Sequence record: SRR20825019_1657
Reading direction: 5' to 3' (one strand)
Length of the DNA stretch: 48,617 nt
In this document: piece after piece, positions 38,271 to 46,550 of the stretch
How positions within the stretch are numbered: the stretch's first letter is position 1
How the letters are laid out: each line of letters begins with the position of its first letter
Notes under the pieces: generated by a model
Told to the model about the DNA's origin: nothing
The model's input: the letters and a program-made list of their open reading frames with translations, nothing else
The model's database searches: none
Made by a program: the position numbers and the translations under genes

Positions 38271-39175
38271 CCGATCGGTGAAAGTTCACAGAGTTCACGT
38301 AATGCGTTGAAGAGACGCAGGGCTTCATTTTCGGTCGCCGCATCGAGTTTGAAACCAACCGGGCCGCGCACAAGCCGGTTTGGGAAAACGTCCTGATGAT
38401 TGAGCAGCAATTTTTCCACCGCGAGAAATCCATCGAGCCCCTGTTGCAATGAAACCAAGGGAGCGATCAATCCCTGCAATGCCGTTGCCCGATCCAGATC
38501 ACCCGCTTGCAGGGCATCCCACTCCGCGCGAATCGCCCAGACGATTTCCGATCCCGGCATCGTGCCGGCGATACCGCGTTGATACGAATCGAGCAGGGCA
38601 ATCCCGCCACTCCCTTCGAAGATCGCCGCTTTTCCACCGGTCGCGACGCGCAGCAAGGAGAGGTTTTGACCCAGCGGTTGCGCTTCCGGTTTAAACATCA
38701 CGCGACCCGGATGCCGGTTAAACAGCGCCGCCTGAGCCTCAATCGGCAACGGTGCTCCCACGTAGCCACTCGCATCCTGCACCACCAGTGGCAGTGAGCC
38801 CGCTCCGAGAATCGCTTCGTAATAACCAATCACCTCATCCGTCGACGCCGCGGTATTCGTCGGCGGAATTGCCATCACCGCGCTCGCGCCGGCCGCTTCC
38901 GCCACCCGGGCATGACGCTTCGCCTGGACCGCGCTTTCCGCGCCCACACTGAGAATCACCGGACCCCGGTCCGCCGTAAATTCAACTACCCGTGACGCGA
39001 GCTCATCGCGTTCGGCATCCGTCAGACGCAGCACTTCGGTCACCATGGCCGCGACGACGCCATCCGCGCCATGCGCAAAAACCATATCCACCTCCTCACG
39101 AAGCGTAGTCCAATCAATCGACTCATCGTCGAGATATGGAAGCTGCAGAACAGGAAGAACGCCGGTGATCGTCAT
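38267..39175 (-). CDS. DapA/NanA-family aldolase or dehydratase
   Basis: GVLPVLQLPY, 'LTDAER', 'MAIPP', Schiff-base Lys in 'FKPE'. Confidence 0.88.
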   Translation of the reverse strand: MTITGVLPVLQLPYLDDESIDWTTLREEVDMVFAHGADGVVAAMVTEVLRLTDAERDELASRVVEFTADRGPVILSVGAESAVQAKRHARVAEAAGASAVMAIPPTNTAASTDEVIGYYEAILGAGSLPLVVQDASGYVGAPLPIEAQAALFNRHPGRVMFKPEAQPLGQNLSLLRVATGGKAAIFEGSGGIALLDSYQRGIAGTMPGSEIVWAIRAEWDALQAGDLDRATALQGLIAPLVSLQQGLDGFLAVEKLLLNHQDVFPNRLVRGPVGFKLDAATENEALRLFNALRELCELSPIG

Positions 39176-39340
39176 GAAGGGGTAAGAGTAAGACTAACGA
39201 GCCCGATCATGAATAGCTACCAGTCCGTGTAAATTTGTATTATTCCGACTGGGTAATTTATGCATCACTGACGATGCGGATCAGATCCGGGCGATAAGGG
39301 ATAATCACCCCCATCTGTCGACCCGATGAACACAACCGTG

Positions 39341-39456
39341 TGTAGGAGCAGCTTCACGCCGCGATCTGATTCATTCCGGATCGGCGTGGATGGGTGATAG
39401 ACCGCTCGCTCGCAAGTGCGGAAGCATCCTATGCGCGAGCAAGCTCGCAGCCTACA
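39341..39456. repeat. GTAG-type REP composite
   Basis: tGTAGgagcagcttcacgccgcgat … gcgagcaagctcgcagcCTACa; right arm matches 28724-28745. Confidence 0.65.
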
Positions 39457-39537
39457 ACATGGGAATGATTTTCCCATTCCGGATCAGCGAGAAAGAGCGT
39501 TCCTCAACGGTTTGCTTTTCTGGGGTGGATACCAGCC

Positions 39538-40434
39538 TTACGCAAAATCCGGGCCACTGATCGCAAACACGCGCGACCAATCCGTGGGCAAGGCCACCTC
39601 ATCGCGCCCCATCCTCAGAAATCCGCGCTGGGGTGCAAAACCCACGGAGTTCAAAGCCGCAATCCAATCACTCTGCGCTTCCGGCACATCGATCATGATC
39701 GGGCCCTCCACGTGCTTGAGCGCCTCTGCGATCAAGGCAATCGCCGCTTCAGGTGAGTCGGCGACGAGCGGTCCGATCTGTGACGCCACCCGCCCCTCCC
39801 GACCTGCCACGAATCCACGCATCACGCCAGCTTCATCGGTAAGCTTCCAGGCCCCCTGAGGTAAACGCATTTGCCAATCTTCAAGCATCACCCGCCGATC
39901 CACACCCAACACCGCCGCATCGAGTCGGGCTGCCGCCGGCAAGTCATCAGCACTCAGAGCCGACAATGTCAGACCTGCGGGAGCTTGGCTTGCCGCGATC
40001 TCGCCCTCGCGCTGCGCTGAGAACAAACGCACAATGCGCTCCTCGCCGGAAAATCTTAACTTTGAGTAGACCTTCTGCCCCATATCAGTGGCATCGAGCA
40101 GCGCCCGCCGCTCGGCGGCGGTAATATCCTGCAGGCAGCGCTCCATCAATTGCCGGGCGATCCCCTGCCCCCTCGCTTCCTCGGTCACCAAGACCATCGC
40201 GATCCATGAATAGCCATCGGCCCATTCCCATGCTATTGTCGTGCCAAGCAAGACCCCGTCATCGTTTTCATATCCGTAACCACGACAATTGCTTAAGAGG
40301 AAACGCCAATCCGCTTCGGTTTGATTCCAATGCGCCTCGGTCGAGAGCTCGAGGCAGCGGGGCAGGTCGTTGTTTTTCAGATCGCGAATCACGGGTGAAA
40401 GCAAGAAATCGCATTTCGGGGAGTCAACCTTCAT
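39538..40434 (-). CDS. Two-domain GNAT acetyltransferase (YitH-like)
   Basis: 'WNQTEADW', 'MVLVTEEARGQGIA', 'LDATDMGQKVY', 'QIGPLVA'. Confidence 0.87.
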   Translation of the reverse strand: MKVDSPKCDFLLSPVIRDLKNNDLPRCLELSTEAHWNQTEADWRFLLSNCRGYGYENDDGVLLGTTIAWEWADGYSWIAMVLVTEEARGQGIARQLMERCLQDITAAERRALLDATDMGQKVYSKLRFSGEERIVRLFSAQREGEIAASQAPAGLTLSALSADDLPAAARLDAAVLGVDRRVMLEDWQMRLPQGAWKLTDEAGVMRGFVAGREGRVASQIGPLVADSPEAAIALIAEALKHVEGPIMIDVPEAQSDWIAALNSVGFAPQRGFLRMGRDEVALPTDWSRVFAISGPDFA

Positions 40435-40436
40435 TC

Positions 40437-40452
40437 ATAACCATCCGGTTAC
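40437..40452. promoter_or_regulatory. Palindromic operator ATAACC-N4-GGTTAC
   Basis: Between divergent GNAT and TetR genes. Confidence 0.65.
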
Positions 40453-40511
40453 GTAGGCCGATTTTACCCATTGAAAAATACGCCGCTTCCCTGAAGCTAA
40501 CATCAAATCTC

Positions 40512-41198
40512 ATGTCACCCCGCAACCCCACTTTCACTGGCAAGCAACTCAGCTCACGCGACAATCTGTTAAAAACTGCCATCACGTTATTCTCCGAGCG
40601 CGGCTATGACGGAGCCTCGGTCAACGACATCGTCGATCAGGCGGGGGTGAGCAAGCGGATGGTCTATCACTATTTTAAAAGCAAAGAGCTGCTCTATCAG
40701 GAAACGATCTCCTATGCCTACAATGAGCTCCGCGCCAGCGAGGAAGTCGCCATCACCGATGCGATTTCGCTGGAAGACGCCGTTAAACGTTTGGTGCGGG
40801 TTTACTTCAATTGGCCCCGCGAACATCCGCTCTACTCCCGCCTACTGCGCTGGGAAAATTTAAACAACGGTCGCGGGATGAAGAACAGTCAGTTTCCCAT
40901 CTCCAAGGATGTGATTATCAATCGGCTTAAAACGATCATCAAGCGTGAGGCCGATGGCGTCACGTGGCGCAAAGATCTGAAGGCACCGATTCTGCTGATT
41001 ACCATTATCGGCATGTGCCAGATTTACACCTCCCACCGCTACACGCTCTCGCAAGGTTTGCATATTGATCTGGGCACAGAGGCGGCCATCAAACGCGGCA
41101 TCGCGAATGCCGAACATTACCTTCTAGCCGGGATGCGGCCCAGTGCGGCTGAAGTGGTCAAAATCAAAAAGCCGAAGACTACGCGTAAATCCGCATGA
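40512..41198 (+). CDS. TetR/AcrR family regulator
   Basis: 'AITLFSERGYDGASVNDIVDQAGVSKRMVYHYFKSKELLY'; ATG 40512 preferred to ORF start 40206. Confidence 0.93.
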   Translation: MSPRNPTFTGKQLSSRDNLLKTAITLFSERGYDGASVNDIVDQAGVSKRMVYHYFKSKELLYQETISYAYNELRASEEVAITDAISLEDAVKRLVRVYFNWPREHPLYSRLLRWENLNNGRGMKNSQFPISKDVIINRLKTIIKREADGVTWRKDLKAPILLITIIGMCQIYTSHRYTLSQGLHIDLGTEAAIKRGIANAEHYLLAGMRPSAAEVVKIKKPKTTRKSA

Positions 41199-41995
41199 AG
41201 AGAGTTTCTCTTATCATACTCGCCCTCTGGGCCATCGGGTCGGCAGGGGCCGCTCCCCAGCTCGGTCTGATGACCTATACCTGCCGCCAATCCTCCTTCG
41301 AAGAAATGGTCAAACTGGCGGTCGAACACGACATCAAGAGGATCGAACTTTTCGGCGCCCACGTGCGTTATTCCGATCCGGAAGAAGTGAATCGCCACAA
41401 GTTCGCTGTGATGCATGAGCACGGACTCGAGCCCTACGCGATGTATGTCGGCGGGATGAGCACACCGGAAAACAACCGGAAGATTTTCGAATTTGCCCGG
41501 CGCTTCGGGCTGACCTACCTCGTGGTCGAGCCCAAGGAACAAACCCTCTGGCCGGAAATCGTCGCCCTCTCCCGGGAATTCGGAATCAAGCTCGCCCTGC
41601 ACAATCACGGCACCGGATCGACCTATGGCGATCCCGCGACGGTGCGACGACTGTTGGAGACCTACGACGCCGATGTGCTCGGCGTGTGTCTCGATGTCGG
41701 CTGGGTGACTTCCGCCGGTTTCGACGCCGCGGAGGTTTTTCGCCGCTATGATGGCCGCGTATTCGATATCCACTACAAGGACAAGCGATACACCGGTAAG
41801 GAAGGCAAGGCCGCCTGGGAAGACACCGTGCCCGGCGAGGGCGCTTCCAACTACGACGGCCTCTTCGCCGCGATGCACGAATCAGATTGGTCGGGAACCA
41901 TGGCGATCGAAACCGACAGTAAGGAATTCGCCGCCGATCCCGGCCCGTTCATCGCCAAAACCAAAGCGCATTTCGAGTCGCAGGTCAGTGAATAG
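41195..41995 (+). CDS. Exported sugar-phosphate isomerase/epimerase (xylose-isomerase-like TIM barrel)
   Basis: Signal peptide; HNHG, LDVGW, IHYKD, AIE metal motifs; ATGA overlap with tetR. Confidence 0.87.
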   Translation: MKRVSLIILALWAIGSAGAAPQLGLMTYTCRQSSFEEMVKLAVEHDIKRIELFGAHVRYSDPEEVNRHKFAVMHEHGLEPYAMYVGGMSTPENNRKIFEFARRFGLTYLVVEPKEQTLWPEIVALSREFGIKLALHNHGTGSTYGDPATVRRLLETYDADVLGVCLDVGWVTSAGFDAAEVFRRYDGRVFDIHYKDKRYTGKEGKAAWEDTVPGEGASNYDGLFAAMHESDWSGTMAIETDSKEFAADPGPFIAKTKAHFESQVSE

Positions 41996-42000
41996 TCGAA

Positions 42001-42462
42001 TCATCCCGGCGGTAAATCGCCAGGGCGCTCGTTAAGGTAAAGCCGTTGGTAGATCTGAAACAGGATCAAACCAGCCACGGTAAAAAGGAAGATCCGGCTG
42101 GATACCGCATGACCATACCCACTGTTCATGGTGGCCAATGCCCCATCCAGATCAATCCAAGTCGAGATCGACTGACGCTGCCACAGTAAAGGCAAAGCGT
42201 AGAGCATGACACTCCAACTACGAATCCAGTCGCCTTTCAACCAACTCCCTTCTTTGAGACGCGCACGGAATAGAATAATACAACGCAACATCAGATAGAG
42301 CATAATCGCTCCACTCAGCAGAAAGGCCAGGGTCACGGGGGAAACACTTTCGCTCGTCACTCCGAATTCCCGGTCATATTTGATCGACCAATGCCAATTC
42401 ATCCCGATCAAAATGATGCAGTAGCTCAAACTACCCATGTGAAGTTTTAACGTAGCTGACAT
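42001..42462 (-). CDS. Hypothetical membrane protein
   Basis: Several hydrophobic segments downstream of the TBDR; start uncertain. Confidence 0.5.
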   Translation of the reverse strand: MSATLKLHMGSLSYCIILIGMNWHWSIKYDREFGVTSESVSPVTLAFLLSGAIMLYLMLRCIILFRARLKEGSWLKGDWIRSWSVMLYALPLLWQRQSISTWIDLDGALATMNSGYGHAVSSRIFLFTVAGLILFQIYQRLYLNERPGDLPPG

Positions 42463-42512
42463 CAATTCGACTATCCTCAAGGTAGCCTTTACGATCAAGC
42501 GCCATCGAGTAA

Positions 42513-44522
42513 TCACCACCGCCATGCGCCGGTGACAATCAGCTGCCGGGGAGCTCCCGGCACACCATGGCCTGTGGCGGGGATCAGGAGTGAGTAGTAG
42601 TCCTGGTCGAAGAGATTGGTGACCGTGGCAGCAAAGCGCCATGCGGCGCGTTCGTAGCCCAAGGTTAAATCGACCACCGTGCGCGCCGCGGTGCCGGAGG
42701 CGGCTCGTTCGCTTTCATCGTAGAATACCGATCCCGTGGTCACAAAATCCGCATGCCCGAACCATCCACGGCTGGAGTGCCAATCCGCTCCCACCGCCAA
42801 GGTATAATCGGGTGAATAGGGAGCGCGTTTTCCGGCATAGTCCGTCTGATCATAGGGATCGATAAATTCCCGGAGCGTCATATCAGTCCAGCCAACCGCC
42901 GCCGTGAATTGCCACTCACGATGCGGACGCCAATCCAGTTCGAATTCCCCGCCCACCGATCGCGCGCGCGGCGCATTCACCACGAGGTAATCCGTCGCAC
43001 TGAATGAACGCTCGATCTGATAGTCTTTGATTTCATACCAATAAACCGTCGCGCTGCCGCGGAGTGTGTGATCCGCCGTATTGGCATGCAGTCCCGCCTC
43101 CAGGCTCATCAGTCGCTCCGGATCAAAAGAGGCCAGGTCGCGGTTACCCGTAAATGAAGACCATCCTCCCGGTTTGCCGCTGAGAGCCACGGCCGTGGTC
43201 AGGCGACTCTGGTCGGACAGCGCGAAATCCAGCTGCAAGCGCGGGTGCAACACTTCATAAGATTGATCATCAGCGATCCGGTCGTTGCCCGGCACGATTT
43301 CCGCACGGGTAAACTCCTTCGCGGTCTGCTCCAGACGCAAGCCTCCCAGCAAGGTCAGGCGATCCGTCAGCTTCGTGGTCGCCTGCCCATACCAGGCGAT
43401 GGTCCGAGCCTCAATCGTGAAATCGGAAGCCTCGATCAGAAACAGACCGGTCAACCCCCGGCTAATGCTTCCACGGGTATCCGACTTCGCCAGAAACAAC
43501 CCCGTCTGCCAATCCGTGGTGGCAGCGTCACCCGAAACCCATTGCAGATCCTGGGACCACTGACGTTGTTTTTGGTGAATCTCCGAATCGAGCGAGACTC
43601 CAATCTCAAGCACATTGGTATAAGGCGATAACTCCCAATCACTCACTCCGGTCACGCTGGTCAACATGCCCACCGGCAAGGCGATTTCGCCTTTGAGCGA
43701 AGCGCCGAGGCTGTCGACGTGAATCATCCCGTCAGCCGCCCGGGTCACGCTGTCCGGTGGACCACTCGTCGGCACCAATGGTTGCGCCCCGTTCCGGGAA
43801 CGACCACCCAAGACGCGCAGCGCCCAGCGCACCTGATCGTTCGCAATCCACCGCAATCCCGCCCGGGCAAATAGCTGATCCACGTCGTCCACTTTTTCAC
43901 GGGTCGTCAGATTATCGATATAGCCGTCGCGTTGAAAAGTCGCCACATCGGCGTAGGCACTGAGCGATCGATCCGCCGTTTGGCCGCGCACCGATGCCAT
44001 TGTCCTCATCAGGCCGTGATCTCCGAAACCCGCTTCGATGCCCCCCTCATCCGGTCGGTCCCAATCCGGAGAATGCAGCACAATCACGCCGCCCTCGCCC
44101 GCCCGACCAAAACGCGTTCCCTGCGGCCCCCGGAACACTTCCGCGCTTTCGTAGCCAAACCACCCGACCGGAAACGCAAAGGTGCTCGCGAGGGGCAAGT
44201 CATCCAAATAAACGCCAACCGACGGATCGGTAAAAAACGGGGTATTACTCACCCCCCGCAAACTGATCAGATCACCGTAAGAGCTCGCGCGCCCATCCGC
44301 GGCTCCCAGATTCGGCACCCGCCCGGCCAGATTTTGAATCGAGGGCAACGCCGTCGCCGGAGTCGCCCCAAGATCGACCTGCGAATAGCCGGATGGACGC
44401 GTCAGCTCACGCCGCCCTTCCACGAGCACCGGCTCAATTTGCACGACCTGGGCAGAGGCACTGTCGATACCGCCGAGCAGAATCGCACCGAAAAAAAGGA
44501 AGGCAAATCGTTTGCTGTTCAT
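42513..44522 (-). CDS. TonB-dependent receptor
   Basis: Signal peptide, plug 'ISLRG…PSVGVYLDD', 'EVFRGPQGTRFG', C-terminal 'NLFDQDYY…GAWRW'. Confidence 0.9.
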   Translation of the reverse strand: MNSKRFAFLFFGAILLGGIDSASAQVVQIEPVLVEGRRELTRPSGYSQVDLGATPATALPSIQNLAGRVPNLGAADGRASSYGDLISLRGVSNTPFFTDPSVGVYLDDLPLASTFAFPVGWFGYESAEVFRGPQGTRFGRAGEGGVIVLHSPDWDRPDEGGIEAGFGDHGLMRTMASVRGQTADRSLSAYADVATFQRDGYIDNLTTREKVDDVDQLFARAGLRWIANDQVRWALRVLGGRSRNGAQPLVPTSGPPDSVTRAADGMIHVDSLGASLKGEIALPVGMLTSVTGVSDWELSPYTNVLEIGVSLDSEIHQKQRQWSQDLQWVSGDAATTDWQTGLFLAKSDTRGSISRGLTGLFLIEASDFTIEARTIAWYGQATTKLTDRLTLLGGLRLEQTAKEFTRAEIVPGNDRIADDQSYEVLHPRLQLDFALSDQSRLTTAVALSGKPGGWSSFTGNRDLASFDPERLMSLEAGLHANTADHTLRGSATVYWYEIKDYQIERSFSATDYLVVNAPRARSVGGEFELDWRPHREWQFTAAVGWTDMTLREFIDPYDQTDYAGKRAPYSPDYTLAVGADWHSSRGWFGHADFVTTGSVFYDESERAASGTAARTVVDLTLGYERAAWRFAATVTNLFDQDYYSLLIPATGHGVPGAPRQLIVTGAWRW

Positions 44523-44559
44523 GAAAGATAGATCGTCCATCAATGGATCGGAGGCTTGC

Positions 44560-44575
44560 GTAACCAATCGGTTAT
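44560..44575. promoter_or_regulatory. Palindromic operator GTAACC-N4-GGTTAT
   Basis: Between divergent TBDR and DUF1080-PA14 genes. Confidence 0.65.
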
Positions 44576-44652
44576 GTCTCTCTTTATTTTCCCTTACCGA
44601 GAATATTTAGGCTGGGGGAGAACCTAAACCGCCTTAGGCTATTTAATACATT

Positions 44653-46548
44653 ATGCGCTTATCAACATTTCGTCGCTGGCTAAAAACCGGATGGGTTTGG
44701 AGCTTATTATCGATGGCTCTGATCAGCACCGCGCAAGCAGACGAAAATACGATCCGCAGCGCCATGGGAGACCTGGCGGAGTTTCAGGACCCACCGCCTA
44801 ACTGGAGCGTAGCGGGCGGCATCAGTGGCGATCTCCGTCACAACGCCGACATCACGATTCACGAAGGTTCCAGCCTTTGGGTGAACAGACCCGACGATAG
44901 CACTCATGGCGATTTGGTCACCAGCTGGTCCCATGGCGATTTGATCGTGGCCTTCGATTACCTTCTTCCCGCCGGATCGACTGCCGCCATCTCCTTCCAA
45001 GGTCGCTACGAAGTCACCCTGCCCCATAACCGCGCCCCCGGCCTGTGGCAGCACGCGCGGATCGAATTTGCCGCCGCGCGATACGGAACCGAGGGACAGA
45101 CGACTGAAGAAGCCCAGCTCGTGAGCCTGACGATTGATGGCACCGTAATCAGCGAAAATCTCGAATGGAATCAAACCGAGCGTATTTCTCGAACGCCATC
45201 TGTAGCTGGGGTCGGTGACCCCGGCCCGGCCTCACCGAGGCCGGCTACAACCAAGACCAATTTCGAGACATTTGATAATCCAACCGCCGGTCCATTGGTT
45301 ATCCGGGGCAATCACGGTCCAATCGCGCTGCGCTCCTTCGCCGTCCAGCATCTCACTAACGATCAGGTCGCGTTGCAAAACCTGCACTATCAGGTTTATC
45401 AAGGAGAGTTCGACGTGATCGACGACACTCGTCACGCAATGCCTTCGCTCAGCGGTGCTACTGACGAGATCAATGAAACGCTCGCCGATACCACCGATGC
45501 CTTTGCCATGGTCATCACCGGTGAGATGGTAATTCCCCAAACCGGTTGGTATCGCTTTACCCGGGTGATCGACCGAATCAGCAGCACACGCTTGCGGTTC
45601 GACGGACAGACGCCCCATCCCATCGGCACCGATGGCGAGGAGTCACAGATCCGCTTGGCCGCCGGCACCCATCCGTTCCGCCTTGATTATTTGCGCCCCG
45701 GAGAACGCGGCAAACCCCTGCTCGCGTGGAGCGTCACCGGACCCGATATGCGCTCACAGCCCCTCTCTTATAGCGCCGCCAATCCTCCCAATCCGATCCC
45801 CCGGGTGCCCGTGCCGATCGAAACGGATCGCGTGCACACGCATCGTTGTCACTTTCCGTATGCGGACAACAAGCGCCTCTATGTCGCCGCTGTAGGCACT
45901 CAAGAGCAGGTGCACTACGCCTACGATCTGGAATGGCAAAATCTCCTCACGGTGTGGCGGGGAGACTATCTCGATGCCAGTGGCATCTGGCATCAGCGCG
46001 GTGGTCTCCAGCAAGTCGTGCCGCTCGGCGCCGCGATTGAGTTGGGTTCAGGTCCCTCCCTCGCCGTGTTGGAAAATGCCGGCGAAGCCTGGCCCGATCC
46101 GGAAGCCGCCGCCCGGAAAACGGCCGGTGAGGATTTCATATCGGATGATAATGGCAGCGGCCCTCCCACGGCCCTGATCAACCTGCCCTCCCCGCTCACT
46201 TCGCAGGGCTACACCCTCGCTCCCAATGGACAGCCCACCTTTCAATTTACCGCCTACGGCATCGCCGTCGTAGATCGCTGGGAAGTCTCGCCTGATCACG
46301 ATGGTCTCGTCCGCACTCTCACATTCTCACAACCATTGGAACGCGATGATCTTTATCTGCTTCTCGCCAAGGAATCCCACATCAGCGTGCAGTCGGGATA
46401 TTACATTCTGGGTGATCGCAAAGCCTATCTGAATTGGCCAGCCGATCAAACGTCCACTCCTGAAATTCACGCGGACGGAGCCAATCAAGAACTCCGTGTG
46501 CGTCTACCCGCAGGCACCCAGTCCATCTCCTATCGCCTGATCTGGTAA
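44653..46548 (+). CDS. Exported DUF1080 (3-keto-disaccharide hydrolase-like) + PA14 domain protein
   Basis: 'HGDL…QGRYEV…RAPGLWQH…GPLVIRGNHGPIALR', PA14-like 'FAMVITGEMVIPQTGWYRF…LAAGTHPFRLDY'. Confidence 0.7.
   Translation: MRLSTFRRWLKTGWVWSLLSMALISTAQADENTIRSAMGDLAEFQDPPPNWSVAGGISGDLRHNADITIHEGSSLWVNRPDDSTHGDLVTSWSHGDLIVAFDYLLPAGSTAAISFQGRYEVTLPHNRAPGLWQHARIEFAAARYGTEGQTTEEAQLVSLTIDGTVISENLEWNQTERISRTPSVAGVGDPGPASPRPATTKTNFETFDNPTAGPLVIRGNHGPIALRSFAVQHLTNDQVALQNLHYQVYQGEFDVIDDTRHAMPSLSGATDEINETLADTTDAFAMVITGEMVIPQTGWYRFTRVIDRISSTRLRFDGQTPHPIGTDGEESQIRLAAGTHPFRLDYLRPGERGKPLLAWSVTGPDMRSQPLSYSAANPPNPIPRVPVPIETDRVHTHRCHFPYADNKRLYVAAVGTQEQVHYAYDLEWQNLLTVWRGDYLDASGIWHQRGGLQQVVPLGAAIELGSGPSLAVLENAGEAWPDPEAAARKTAGEDFISDDNGSGPPTALINLPSPLTSQGYTLAPNGQPTFQFTAYGIAVVDRWEVSPDHDGLVRTLTFSQPLERDDLYLLLAKESHISVQSGYYILGDRKAYLNWPADQTSTPEIHADGANQELRVRLPAGTQSISYRLIW
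45201..45249 (+). repeat. GTAG-type REP doublet inserted in-frame
   Basis: tGTAGctggggtcggtgaccccggc-ccggcctcaccgaggccggCTACa, translated as SVAGVGDPGPASPRPAT. Confidence 0.8.
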
Positions 46549-46550
46549 TC

